This document shows, one piece after another, positions 12,662 to 24,828 of a DNA stretch of 64,000 nt. The notes below the pieces were generated by a model. The model was not told where the DNA came from. It made no database searches and saw only the letters and a program-made list of their open reading frames with translations. Numbering within the stretch: the first letter of the stretch is position 1; each line of letters opens with the position of its first letter. Position numbers and translations under genes: made by a program. This DNA is from Batkoa obscura (taxonomy: Eukaryota): the NCBI GenBank assembly GCA_030770535.1, contig JASVEC010000016.1, positions 558,001-622,000 on the forward strand, written 5' to 3'.

Positions 12662-15073
12662 ATGAGCGAATATTTAAGAGAATATAACGAGGAGGAAATA
12701 TCACGACTTAAAAGTCCCAATAAAGAAGAAGAAGAAGAAGTTGAACTGGAAGACGAATCGTTTTCTGAACGTAATACGGAATTTACTCGAATTTTAATCA
12801 CTTTTGGTGAACAAGGATATCAAACTGATAAGTCGAAAGAAGCTTGGAAGAATCCCGATTTATTAACTCAATTATATCAACGACATTTGGGAAAATTTAA
12901 TGAATCATATAAAAATATACGTTCAACTACATTTAATCCCATTAAAATATTTAGTGATTATGTTGATTTTGTTAATGAATATTATCCCTTGGGTACTACA
13001 AGGCCCAAAGAATTTATATTAAATTTAGAAAAAGGGATCAATTATATAGTTAATGATACCAGAGCTAGTGTTAGGGCATTACATGAAACATTAAGGATCT
13101 TTCTAACTTATTCCAAATATTTAATTGATCCAACCAATTTATTTGCTTTTATGTTAGCAAATGGGATTGGTACCGAACATGATGAATTTTTTTTACAATT
13201 TTCGTTAGCTTTTGATCGTAAATTAAAGTAAGTTTCATAATAGAATAATAATAATATTGATAATATTAATTATTTAAAAATTAATTAGTTTTGCTGCTTC
13301 AGAAGAAGTATTTTTAAGAGGAGTTCTAATGAAACCATATTTGTCACCAAAACTAATGGTACATTATAATGATGGTTTAATAAGATATAAAAATTTGATG
13401 GAAGCTTTAGAGGCATTAAATTTAATTACTATTGCACCTGCAATGCAGTTAAGACAAAATGAATATACTCAAAGATATCATCATACTTTTTCAAATCCTA
13501 CTGGTGGGCCACTTTGTTTAACTAATACGGAAGTTAATCCAGATCCTATCTTTAGAAGAGTTAATGGAAAGTATAAAATTATTCCAATGCATATTCAATC
13601 CAAAAGAAGATTAAAAGATCAATTAATGGGTGCTGAAGTTTCTTTAGTTTATAGAAGATGTGAAGAATTAGCTAATTTAGAACACCCAGAAAATTTAGTA
13701 ATTTATTTATTTATTTATTTTATTTATTTATTTACTTATTATTGATATGTTTTTAGGTATTAGATTTGGAATATAATAATATACCATTAAAATATATACC
13801 GTTTAAGTGTAATTTTTATTTAATTTTAATATTATTCAATTGAATGTAATTTTTATTTTTATTTTTATTTCTACTTTAGGCAAATATAAGATACCAGATG
13901 TATTATTAAGTAGTTTAAATAAAATCTATAATAAGGTAATATTATTTGATAAAGTTTGATTTTATAAATTAATGTTATAACTAATATTAGTCTACAATAC
14001 TGGATGAAGAGTCTAAAATAGATTTAATTGAAGTAAATTTAATTTGATTTAATTTTAAAGTTTAAGTTTATTTAATGATTTTTTTAGAGTTGGCAAATGC
14101 AAGTAATATCTCGGCTTCAAGTAGATAAATCAAGTAAAATTTAACAATAATAATTAATTTAATTTAATTAAATTAATTAATAGATAATAATGAAATTATC
14201 AATACATTTAATAGTGGGATATTAAATTTAGGGGAAAAAAATGAAAGAACAGCATTAGAAATTCGATTAGAATATTTAGCTATTGGAGATATTGATGGAG
14301 ATAATTATGCAAGTAAAATAACCAACTCACCACCGAGAAAGACTATGAAATTAGACCAAAGTAATCGAGATGAAAATAATAATCAAATAGCACCCAATAT
14401 TAAATTAAATAAAGAAGAATTAAATTTAATTCAATTAATTCGAACAAAAACAATGTTTGATGGTAGTAGTAATTTATCTTATCCAAAAGGAATAGATGCA
14501 GAATATAATATTCAAGATACAAGTACTTATTTAAAACCAAGAAGAGCAGATTCAGCTCAAGATTTAACAGAGAATCATTGGGTATTAACTAAAAAAGATA
14601 CTAAAGATTATGTTAAATATAAACAACTAAAAAATACTTATCGAGATTTACTAATTAAAAGATTACAAACTTCAGGTAGAAAAGCAATCGAATTAATTAA
14701 ATTACATTATCAAGAATTAGAAAGAAAAAATGTAAGCAAAAATGTGATTTATGAATTCTTTTTAGGTAATTTTTTTTCAAATTAATTATTATTTTTATTG
14801 AAATAGAAATATTAAATATCAATCTTGATATTAATTTTATTATTAGATTCTAGATTTGGTATGATTAAAAAAGAAGCTATTAATGAATTGCAAAATTGGA
14901 AAGAACAGCATTTAAAAGAATCAAGTCAAGTATTTATTAATGGTCCTCAATTTATTGAAGAATATGTTAATACTCATATTAATAAATTTGAATTTGATGA
15001 AATAGAAGGTATTGATACGGAAGAAGATATAATTGATATTAAGATTGAAGAGAATACAAATGATATTGAATAA
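12662..15073 (+). CDS. Divergent Mad3/Bub1-family N-terminal-domain protein (multi-exon, no kinase domain seen)
   Basis: NPIKIFSDYVDFVNEYYPLG and DPTNLFAFMLANGIGTEHDEFF resemble the Mad3/Bub1 homology-1 TPR consensus (DPL..W..YI.W....YP; F.FL...GIG...A.FY). An in-frame splice path through small exons at ~13757-14135 links to ORFs 14345 and 14825. Confidence 0.55.
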
Positions 15074-15625
15074 GATGTTAAGATTTTATTTATGATATTG
15101 AATTTATAACTAATTTACTTCAAGAATGTAATAAAGTTATTTTTTAAAGTGACATTAGGGAACTATTTTTTTAAGTGGCATTAAAGGAAGAAATTGATAT
15201 TAGAATTTCTTCAGCAAAAAAATGAAGCTAAATTATACTTTTTATTTTTCAAGAATAAAATAAGTTTTATTTATATTTATTTTAATTTACTATATTCAAT
15301 TAGGTATTAGTTTGTAGATTTTATTAAACACTTTTATTTGTTACGTTTTAACTTTTATTTTCTAAATTCTAGAGCAAAATAGTCTTAATTTTATTAAGCC
15401 AATAAAAGAAAATTGAATTTGAAAAATCAATTATCAAATTAGGATAATTGGTTAAGATTAAAATTTAAAACATTACTTAAATTATTACAAAATGTATAAA
15501 AAAATAAAAAAATAGGACTTATTCGCTTTTATTTTATAATAAAATTAGATATTAACATTAATAAAACTCGCTTCCTTCCCTTTCCTTTCCTTTCTATTTC
15601 TTTTACTATAAAAAAATAAAGAGAA

Positions 15626-16663
15626 ATGAGTAAAGAAATCAAATTCGAACGAACTGAAAGTTTAATAAGTAAAAAATTAACTCATTTTTTTGCTGGTGGA
15701 ATAGGAGCATGTATGGCAGTGACTTTTACAAACCCGTTTGAAGTAAGTAGTTATTTAATCAATAATAATAATAAAACTAAGTCATTGGTTCTAGGTAGTT
15801 AAAACACGTTTACATTTACAAGGTGAATTATTAAAGCGTAGTGAAACGAAAATTCGACCTTATAAAAATCTGTTCCAAAGTTTTTCACTAATTTATAAAG
15901 AAGAAGGTATTAAAGGTTTACAAAGTGGATTAGGAGCAGCTTACGGTTATCAATTAATAATGAATGGGGTACGTTTTGGTGGCTATGATTTATTAAAAAA
16001 TAATTTACCTAAAGATAATTTTTTAACTCCAATCCTATCAGCTTCATTATCTGGAGCTATTGGAGCTGCTTTAGGCTCCCCATTATTTTTAGTCAAAACT
16101 CGATTACAATCTATATCTAGAGGAAATATACCACAAATTGGGACAAAATATCATTATAAAAATACATGGGATGCATTGAATATAATTTATAAAAAAGAAG
16201 GATTTAAAGGATTATATCGAGGGAATAATGCAGCTGCATTAAGAACTTCGGTAGGTTCAGGGGTTCAATTACCTACCTATGATTTAGCCAAAAATCAATT
16301 AAAAATTCATTTTAATTTTCAAGAGAGCACTAGCTTACATATTTATTCTTCATTAATTTCAGGCTTCTTAGTTTGTTGTGCAATGAATCCATTTGATGTT
16401 GTAACTACTAGAACTTATTCTCAACCTAGAGATCCAGTTACTAATTTACCTTTGAGATATTCTTCTATTTCTCAATGTTTTTTACAAATTCTTCAAAAAG
16501 AAGGAGTTTATGGTTTATTTAAAGGTTTCACTGCTCATTATTTTCGAATTGGCCCACATACTATTTTGACCTTTGTTTTTATGGTAACATTTTGAATTTT
16601 TTTCTATTGAATTTCTATTAACTTATTTTTTTATAGGAAAAAATTAAAGCACTTTTAGTTTAA
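15626..16663 (+). CDS. OAC1: Mitochondrial carrier, oxaloacetate/sulfate carrier type (SLC25A34/35)
   Basis: 3 exons. AGGIGACMAVTFTNPFE|VVKTRLHLQGE, MNGVRFGGY, GSPLFLVKTRLQS, GSGVQL, NPFDVVTTR, RIGPHTILTFVF. Stop at 16661-16663. Confidence 0.85.
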
Positions 16664-16815
16664 AAATTGAGTTCTAATTAATTGAAATAAAATGATGTTT
16701 ATTAAACATTATTAAATATTTATACAATTTTTTATACAAACTATATTTTGATTCATTTAATAATAAATATTTCAATATCAATTAACTTATCATTATTGAA
16801 TATTCTAACATATAT

Positions 16816-18234
16816 TTATTCTATAATATTGTTAGCATCTTTTGCAGCATCAGCAATTGAAACAAAATCTTGAATCGAATTTAAAGAATCAATAAGGTTA
16901 ATAGCGGAGGTATGAATTTCATTAACTTCTTCTTCACTAAATTTATTTTTAGATACCCATTTACTTGAAATTCTTTTAGCTTTACGAACTTCCTTTCTAG
17001 CTCTTCTACCTTTACCATGTTTTTTATTTAAATGTTTAGTAAGATCGACCAATGTTTTGCTTTCTGTATCATCAGCTTCATTTTCATTTTGATTAAAGAA
17101 GGGATTCGTTTTTAATAAGTTGCCTAAATGGGCTTGTTTTTTTCCACTTAGTTTAGATGCTGCTTTATTAAATCGGTTCTTCCTCTTATTAGCTTTATCT
17201 TTAACATCATCGGCAGTATCTCTTACAATATTCTCGGTATTATCAATGGCATCATATATATTTTCCATAAATTTATAATTGCTATGATTCTTTTCTTTTT
17301 TAGGTAATGAATTTGAATTCATACTAATTTGAGTATAACTTGGACTTGGTATAGCTCTTGGATAACTTGGATAATCATAACAATATCGGGTATTTTTAGT
17401 ATCCCATGCATCTTTTATTGTAGAATTGAAGTTTTTCAATTTATCCGTTATAGCTCTACTCTTTTTATAACGTTCACCTTCATAAATTAAGGTATTATTG
17501 GTTTTAAGTTGCCATTTACTAAATAACATATCAATAAAGCCATGATGTAAATAAAATAAGGGATCTGAAGGAGAATACATAGTACTAAAATCACCATAGT
17601 CACCACCAATACCATCATGGGGATAACCATGAAAGACTTCTAATGAAAAGGAGAAATATGAGAACTTCGGTTCATTTGTTAAAGTAATAAATACTTCGGG
17701 TGGCATAAAAGCAGTGATATTTTGTCCAGCATTATAGCTTCTTCTTAAACAATGAGGATCTTGATCACTAGCATAATTTAAAACAGTATTTGCAAATGGA
17801 CCATTTGATAAACAATTATCATTATTAAGATCTCCATTAGAACCCATTATATACTTTGATAATACAACGGATTCATGTGGAAATTCATAATCCAAGGTCC
17901 AATCCCAATAAGGTAATACAATAGTCGGATCAATTAATCTTAGTTTAGTTTCATATTGAAATAAAAATTCTCGATGCCATGGTAAAAAAGAAGGATCATG
18001 ATGAATATAGTTATTAGAATTATCATGTAATTTCGATAGCATTTCAAAATCACTTAAAGGACTTTGGGGTTGATAAGTGTTATGTAACTTACGCACTGCA
18101 TTAACATAGCTGGTTAATTCATTTTGGCTTAATTCTCGAATTTCCTTACGTATCACTGGATTGGCACATCCTTGTCCATTCATTGTATTAATACATAAAG
18201 TACCAATGACCCAGGTTAACAAAGTCCACTTCAT
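16816..18234 (-). CDS. Secreted tyrosinase-family (type-3 di-copper) protein
   Basis: N-terminal signal-like MKWTLLTWVIGTLC and IRKEIRELS. CuA: LH...IHH.PSFLPWHR, then LPYWDW. CuB: FHGYPH...SPSDPLFYLHH. Intronless. Confidence 0.9.
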   Translation of the reverse strand: MKWTLLTWVIGTLCINTMNGQGCANPVIRKEIRELSQNELTSYVNAVRKLHNTYQPQSPLSDFEMLSKLHDNSNNYIHHDPSFLPWHREFLFQYETKLRLIDPTIVLPYWDWTLDYEFPHESVVLSKYIMGSNGDLNNDNCLSNGPFANTVLNYASDQDPHCLRRSYNAGQNITAFMPPEVFITLTNEPKFSYFSFSLEVFHGYPHDGIGGDYGDFSTMYSPSDPLFYLHHGFIDMLFSKWQLKTNNTLIYEGERYKKSRAITDKLKNFNSTIKDAWDTKNTRYCYDYPSYPRAIPSPSYTQISMNSNSLPKKEKNHSNYKFMENIYDAIDNTENIVRDTADDVKDKANKRKNRFNKAASKLSGKKQAHLGNLLKTNPFFNQNENEADDTESKTLVDLTKHLNKKHGKGRRARKEVRKAKRISSKWVSKNKFSEEEVNEIHTSAINLIDSLNSIQDFVSIADAAKDANNIIE

Positions 18235-19019
18235 TTTCTATTTATTAACTATATATTAACTTTCAAAGTTAAAATGCTCTTTAAAATTTAATAACTATAA
18301 TAATATTGTTTGTTTATATATTAATATCTTGGGGCTAATAACTAATTAATGTGATTTATAGATTTTCATAATTTTAGGATCAACATTTAAAATTCTACAG
18401 TAAAGTAGTTTGAATTTATATAGATTATTGAAAAATAACTCATTTTTATTAATTTTTACTAAATTCAATGTAGATGATTCTATTTTTAAAAGAAAAATTT
18501 AATGACTATTTTTAAATATAGAAATTAATATGATTGTTATAAAAATAAAGTCCTTTATTACGATTGGTGTTAGTTTAATTTTTAAATAAACATGTAAAAA
18601 TAATAGTTTATTTTTATCTCAATTATCTTTTTCTTTCTGTTGTATTTGTTAGTAAATTACTATAGAAACAATTCTTTTTAAGTGTATAAAAAGTAACAAC
18701 TTATAATATAATACGAGTTGTCATCTTCATAACTTTATTTCTTCAATTCAATAAAATGAATGTTTTAAAATATACACTTTAACTAAAATATACTGCAATT
18801 AAATATCTCTTGTTATGTGTAGTTTACATGTGTCATTTTTTATAAATTTAAAAGGTATAGCTTTTTTTATGTTCAAACAAAAAAGATTAAGTGTAAATTA
18901 ATAACAAAGATGTTTTACTATGACCCCTGATCTATGTTTTTTAAAAACTTTGAAAATATGTGAACACCCAACTGGAGTGCTAATGTAATTTAAAAATATA
19001 CTATATTGGGTGTACAAAT

Positions 19020-19117
19020 GGGGGTGTTTTTTTAGCTTCATTACTTTTTTCATCTTTTAAGCACTATTTGAACGGAAAAGTTGTTAGTAAAATTCTTAAA
19101 CACAAAAATCCATCCCC
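19020..19117 (-). mobile_element. MITE family A, copy 3
   Basis: GGGGGTGT...CATCCCC termini, TSD AAAT/AAAT. Confidence 0.85.
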
Positions 19118-21190
19118 AAATAGTCCTTTTTTTTTTACTATTTTCTAGCTTAAGTCGTCTTTCTTTTGTATAGTGTAAACTGAACCTTACAAACCAACAC
19201 AAAAACATAATATGGGTTTCCGATTACTACCATATATAAAAAAATGCAGCAACTGGGCAAATATTTTGCATCTTTATGTTGATTCACAGTATCAAACCTA
19301 CATTATTTGAAAAGTTTTACAAATAGATCTTCAATTTAAAAATCTGCCTTTAGACTATCAACTAAAGTTCAAATGATTAGATGAATGGAAATTTGGGGTT
19401 TTTACTTATCCCTAGCTAAGCTTTAAACTAGTGATTTAATCTCAGCTACTCTAAAATTGGCTTAACTAATGATTTAACAAGTCTTATCATAGCCCCACAG
19501 TCTATTACACATTGATAAAAATTTAATAAACCCCCCATTAAATAAGCCTTTAATAGAAAATAATACAAACCCTTCGATTACTTCATATTAATAAAGTACT
19601 TAGGCCTATTAGTCTTCAATTCAAAGAATTCAAAATGAAAAAAGAATTCCGTCAGTTAAAAAAGTAACTCAACATGTTTATTTTATCGTTGTAACGTAAA
19701 AATAGCATTGTATAAAAAAAAAATCAAAATTATTTACAAATTGGAAAATAAACGTTAAGCTTTAGAACATTCTTTGAAATAAAGATTATAGATATATGAA
19801 ACATATAATACTGTTATAGCATATAATATACAGTAATATAATTTGATGCTATTAATTAAAAGCTCAATACCAAACATTACACGCGCTACTATGTAGTATG
19901 TTTTCCACTTAATAATTTGATAATATATTATTAATGTTAGTATCAGTATAACCAACAGAATCCAGTTAGGATTTTAAATTGGCCTTAATTTAGTAATAAG
20001 ATTTTAATAGGAGCTTATAGCAAATATATTAAAAAATCAAGAAATTTATTTTATACGTTCTATAGTTGTTAAAACCAAGTCAAAAGCTTATAATGATTTT
20101 ACAGACAAATGTGGAGAAAATTGGTTTACACAAACATATCAATAAATAAATAAACATTTATTAATATAATTTTTACTAGTAGGAGGTTTAGTTATGTATT
20201 TTCAATAAAGTTTTATTTTGAGATTCGGCAAAAAAAAACAAAGATTACAGGAATGGGAGAATTAAATTTAAACAATAGCCATAATTCATGTTCCTATTCT
20301 CTTATCTAATTCCTAACCGGGCTAAAAATAATGAAATTATATTATTGACCTTGTAATTTTATTAGGCTGATTGGTTAAAATTGTTACTTATTTTAGGGTA
20401 TTTGCTAATTAGCACTGACAGTTCTTTTTTAAGCCAAGTTTGGCCCCTGCAATATTTTATGGTTAACTATCCCACTTTAAGCGCATGCAAATTTTCATTA
20501 TTCTTATAGATATTTAACACTAGTAATTGATCAGTTTTTGTTATTGAAATCTTATACCCAAAATTGTAATATATTGGGTATTTAGGTTAGTTAATTTGAG
20601 GCAAAGCTTATGTAATTTCATAAATCATAAAAATAATCATGTTTTTGCAAAATCATATTTTTGTATATTATAAACTATTAAAATACATAAATATTAATGT
20701 AAACACGACCATCTAATATTCTTTTTCTAAAGTATACTATTGTTTTTGGCTTAAATCTTTACCCCATTAAAAAGAAAAGGTAAATATAATTACATAAAGA
20801 AGGGGTGAAGATTATCTCATTTTAAGCCAATGATAAGAACTATAAATTTGAATGAATGTGAATTCGTTAACTTTTAAAATTGCAAATTTCAATTTCATCC
20901 AATACCCAACGAGGTTGCAATAAAATTCATTTTTACTTTAACTTTATTGAGCTAGATTTGACAAGTGCAAATCATATTAATCTAAAGCATAATTACTAAA
21001 TCATGAATATTCCCGCTATCTAGGCCCCAGCCTCAAATATATAAACAATGAAAAAATCCTTAACTTAACTTTTAAATATTAATTTAAGTTACTTAACTTT
21101 TAACTTGTCTTTCTATTAACTTATTTTATATACCTAACTAATACCTTATATTGTTTAACTTTAACTAAACTATAGAACTCGATCTTTTAA

Positions 21191-24100
21191 ATGGTTGAGA
21201 AAAACGAAAAAGTAAAGAGAGTTGATATTGAAGAGCATCTCTTACCTCTAGAGGATGTATGTGGTAGACTTGAAACCAACGTAAACCAAGGGAAACCAGC
21301 TGATAGTCAAGGTTTGACTCCAGAAAAAATCCAAAAAGCTAAAGAGGTCTATGGTCCAAACATTCTTAGTCCTCCAAAGAAAAAACACCCAATTGTTCGA
21401 TTCCTTGAATGTTTGGCAAATCTTTTCAATGTACTTTTATTAATAGCTGGTATTTTGACCTTTATTCTTTTCGGTATTGATACCGTAGGTAATTTCTCTT
21501 CATCTTATATTGGTGCTATCCTTGTTGGTGTTGCACTTCTTAATGCCCTTATTGAATTTATTCAACTTCAAAAATCTGCTGATGCCTTAGAGTCTTTCCT
21601 CAATATGATTCCTCAACAATGTCGTGCCATTAGAAATGGTTCTTTATCACAGATTCCAGCTGGAGAACTAGTTCCAGGTGATATTGTGTTTGTTCGTATG
21701 GGTGATAAAATTCCTGCTGATTTATATCTCTTTAACGTTTCTGAAATGAAAGTGGATAACTCTTCTCTTACAGGAGAATCAGAACCACAATCACGTGCTG
21801 TTGACAATGATATGAAGAATCCTCTTGAAGCTCATAACATTGGCTTCAATGGAACCTTAGTTGTTGCTGGTGAAGGTTATGGTATCGTCATTAAAACTGG
21901 TGACTCTACTGTATTAGGACAGATTGCTGGTTTAACTGCTAATGAAAAGAAGAATCCTTCTCCACTTTCAGTTGAAATTTCAAACTTCGTAAAAATTATT
22001 GCAACTGTCGCTTCAATTACTGGTATCATTTTCTTTTGCTTAGGTTTAGGTTCAGGTAAACCAATTAAAGAAACTCTTACGTTTGCTATTGGTGTGTTTG
22101 TTGCTTGGGTACCAGAAGGTCTTCCAGCCACTGTAACTATGTTGTTGACAATTGCTGCCAAGCGTATGGCTACACAAAATGTTTTGGTGAAAGATCTTCA
22201 AGGTGTAGAAACTCTAGGTGCAATTACTCTTCTTGCTACTGATAAAACTGGTACTCTTACTCGTAATCAAATGACTGTAACAAATATTTGGACTTCTGGA
22301 AAACTTTATTCTGCATTAAGAAATCTTGGAAACTTAGGAAACCCCATTCAACTTGATTCACCTGGTATTAATGAAGTACTTTTAAATTGTTCATTGAACT
22401 CCAGAGCTAAATTTGATCGTACTGATGTTCCAGTTGATAAAAGAGAGATTATTGGTGATGCTACTGAATCTGGTCTTGTAAGATTTGCTGCCCAAAGCCA
22501 ATCCGATTTTGATAACCTTCAAAATAAATATCCTCGTGTTTTTGATATTCCATTTAACTCAGATAACAAATGGGCTATGACTATCAGTCAAGTTCCTCAT
22601 GCTAATGGTGATCTTATCCTTTACTTGAAAGGTGCTCCAGAAAGAGTATTGCGTCTCTGCTCAACTATCTTAATTGATGGACAAGCTATCCCACTTACTG
22701 AAGAACATCAAGCAAAATTCCAAGAAACCTATGAACTCATGGCTGGCAAAGGTCATCGTGTGCTTGCATTTGCCCAACTTTTATTACCAGGCGATCAATT
22801 CCCCAAAGACTTTGTATTTGATAAGAAGCTTAACAACTATCCAACAACTGAATTAACTTTTGTTGGTCTCACTTCATTAGAAGATCCTCCAAAACATGGT
22901 GTCCGTGAAGCTATTGGTATGTGCAGAACTGCAGGTATTCGTGTAATGATGGTAACTGGTGATCACCCACTTACTGCTGAAGCTATTGGTCGTAAAATCA
23001 ATTTAATGCTTTCTGACACTAAAGAAATGGTTGCTAAGAAAACTGGACGTCCAATTGAATCCATTGGTGAAGATGAATTTGATGCTATTGTCATTCATGG
23101 TGAACAAATTGATAGTTTAAGTGATCAAGATTGGGATAATATCTTTGCTAAGAATGAAATTATTTTTGCTCGTACTTCTCCACGTCATAAGCTTGAGATT
23201 GTCAAACGTGCTCAATCTATGGGACATATTGTTGGTGTTACTGGTGATGGTGTCAATGATTCACCAGCTTTAAAGAAAGCAGATCTTGGTATTGCAATGA
23301 ATGAATCTGGCTCTGATGTATCTAAAGAAGCTGCTTCAATGATTCTACTTGATGATAATTTTGCTTCTACTATTCGTGGTGTCGAAGAAGGTCGTCTTAT
23401 TTTTACAAACTTGAAAAAATCCATCCGTTACACTGTTACTCATTCTATTCCAGAAGTCATTCCTCAGTTACTTTATATTGTTGTTCCAATGCCACTTTTG
23501 ATCAATCCATTACTTATTCTTGCTATCGATCTTGGATTTGAGTTATGCTTGGCTTTATCATTTGCTTGGGACAAACCTGAAACTGCATCCGGTTTAATGA
23601 AGCTCCCACCTCGTAAACCAGTAACTGATGACTCTGTAGAAAGATTCCGTCGTTTTAAATCTAGAGAATTACAACCCAAGATTGACCCTGAAACTGGAAA
23701 TGAAATTCCCCCAACAAAATTCCAAAAATTCTCACATAATTTCTCCCGACTTTTTACATCTTTATTTTGGAAAGAAAGATTTGAATCAACTAACGATGAA
23801 ACAGTAGTTGATTTGGATTTGCTTTCTTGGGGCTACCTTGAGGCAGGTGTAATTGAGACCTTGGGCGCATATGTCACCACTTACCTTTTATTCTCTTATC
23901 ATGAAATCACGTTTAATGAATCAATCCGAATGGCAAACCTTAGATTATTTGAAGATGTCAAAGATGATGTAACGTTTACTACATCAACTGGAAAGGTGTA
24001 TAATCGTTCTGACTCTCTTGAAGTACTTAGACAAATTCAAACTATATATACATTATCTGTTATGACTATACAGGCCTTTAACATGTTCGCCTGTAAGGCA

Positions 24101-24418
24101 AGGATTACCTATCCATTTGGCAAACATATGTTCACAAATTATAGAAACTTTGTTGGTATTGCTTTTGGATTTGCACTCATTTTCATTATAATCTATGTAC
24201 CTGGTATTAATTTCGTATTTGGTACCTCGCCATCGATGCCATTCCAATTCATAGTTGGTCCTATTGTCTCTGGTATAATTTTGTTAATCTACTCTTCAGT
24301 TCGATTTTTCTTACGTCAAAGATTCAATCCTATTCGTTATAACCCAGAAATTCCAGGACTCATGATGCACCCAACTATTCGTACGATGAAATCAACCACC
24401 CAAAACACCACTAGATAA
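21191..24418 (+). CDS. P-type ATPase, type IIC (Na+/K+- or H+/K+-ATPase alpha-like), copy 1
   Basis: Intronless, 1075 aa. Motifs KVDNSSLTGESEPQSR, VPEGL, DKTGTLT, GDATE, KGAPE, DPP, MVTGDHPLTA, TGDGVNDSPALKKAD, GRLIFTNLKKSI. Confidence 0.93.
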   Translation: MVEKNEKVKRVDIEEHLLPLEDVCGRLETNVNQGKPADSQGLTPEKIQKAKEVYGPNILSPPKKKHPIVRFLECLANLFNVLLLIAGILTFILFGIDTVGNFSSSYIGAILVGVALLNALIEFIQLQKSADALESFLNMIPQQCRAIRNGSLSQIPAGELVPGDIVFVRMGDKIPADLYLFNVSEMKVDNSSLTGESEPQSRAVDNDMKNPLEAHNIGFNGTLVVAGEGYGIVIKTGDSTVLGQIAGLTANEKKNPSPLSVEISNFVKIIATVASITGIIFFCLGLGSGKPIKETLTFAIGVFVAWVPEGLPATVTMLLTIAAKRMATQNVLVKDLQGVETLGAITLLATDKTGTLTRNQMTVTNIWTSGKLYSALRNLGNLGNPIQLDSPGINEVLLNCSLNSRAKFDRTDVPVDKREIIGDATESGLVRFAAQSQSDFDNLQNKYPRVFDIPFNSDNKWAMTISQVPHANGDLILYLKGAPERVLRLCSTILIDGQAIPLTEEHQAKFQETYELMAGKGHRVLAFAQLLLPGDQFPKDFVFDKKLNNYPTTELTFVGLTSLEDPPKHGVREAIGMCRTAGIRVMMVTGDHPLTAEAIGRKINLMLSDTKEMVAKKTGRPIESIGEDEFDAIVIHGEQIDSLSDQDWDNIFAKNEIIFARTSPRHKLEIVKRAQSMGHIVGVTGDGVNDSPALKKADLGIAMNESGSDVSKEAASMILLDDNFASTIRGVEEGRLIFTNLKKSIRYTVTHSIPEVIPQLLYIVVPMPLLINPLLILAIDLGFELCLALSFAWDKPETASGLMKLPPRKPVTDDSVERFRRFKSRELQPKIDPETGNEIPPTKFQKFSHNFSRLFTSLFWKERFESTNDETVVDLDLLSWGYLEAGVIETLGAYVTTYLLFSYHEITFNESIRMANLRLFEDVKDDVTFTTSTGKVYNRSDSLEVLRQIQTIYTLSVMTIQAFNMFACKARITYPFGKHMFTNYRNFVGIAFGFALIFIIIYVPGINFVFGTSPSMPFQFIVGPIVSGIILLIYSSVRFFLRQRFNPIRYNPEIPGLMMHPTIRTMKSTTQNTTR

Positions 24419-24730
24419 CATTAGGCCAATCTTTAATTTTGGTGTATTTTTCTAATTTAAAGTTTAATAAATAATTTTATCGAAGTTTTAGACACTTTCA
24501 ATTTTAATGATTGAAATATAATTTTTTTCAGCCTTATAAATGAATTGGTAGAATGACTTGTAGTCAAGATGCCTTTTATTTTTAGTTTGTAGTCAATTTT
24601 TTTTATAAAATTAAGAGCTAACTTTTTTACCCAGAAGCTTATATCAATATATTTAACTCTAAATAAAAATAACTGGAAGAGATTTAACTGCAAGCTGTTC
24701 TAGAAGTATGTAGGATTCTAATTGAAATAT

Positions 24731-24828
24731 GGGGATGTTTTTTTTGATTCCATTACTTTTCCATTTTTTAAGCGCTATTTGAGTAGAAAAATTCTTAGTA
24801 AAATTCATAAACGAAAAAATACATCCTC
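24731..24828 (-). mobile_element. MITE family A, copy 4
   Basis: GGGGATGT...ACATCCTC termini, TSD ATAT/ATAT. Confidence 0.85.

Noticed and set aside
13700..13742. (ATTT)n tract, plus other short tandem repeats at ~25252-25310 and ~49511-49550
   Set aside because: Ordinary microsatellites in AT-rich intronic or intergenic DNA.
7176..18234. Chitin synthase plus tyrosinase as a cell-wall/melanin gene cluster
   Set aside because: They are separated by unrelated housekeeping genes and there is no evidence of shared regulation.
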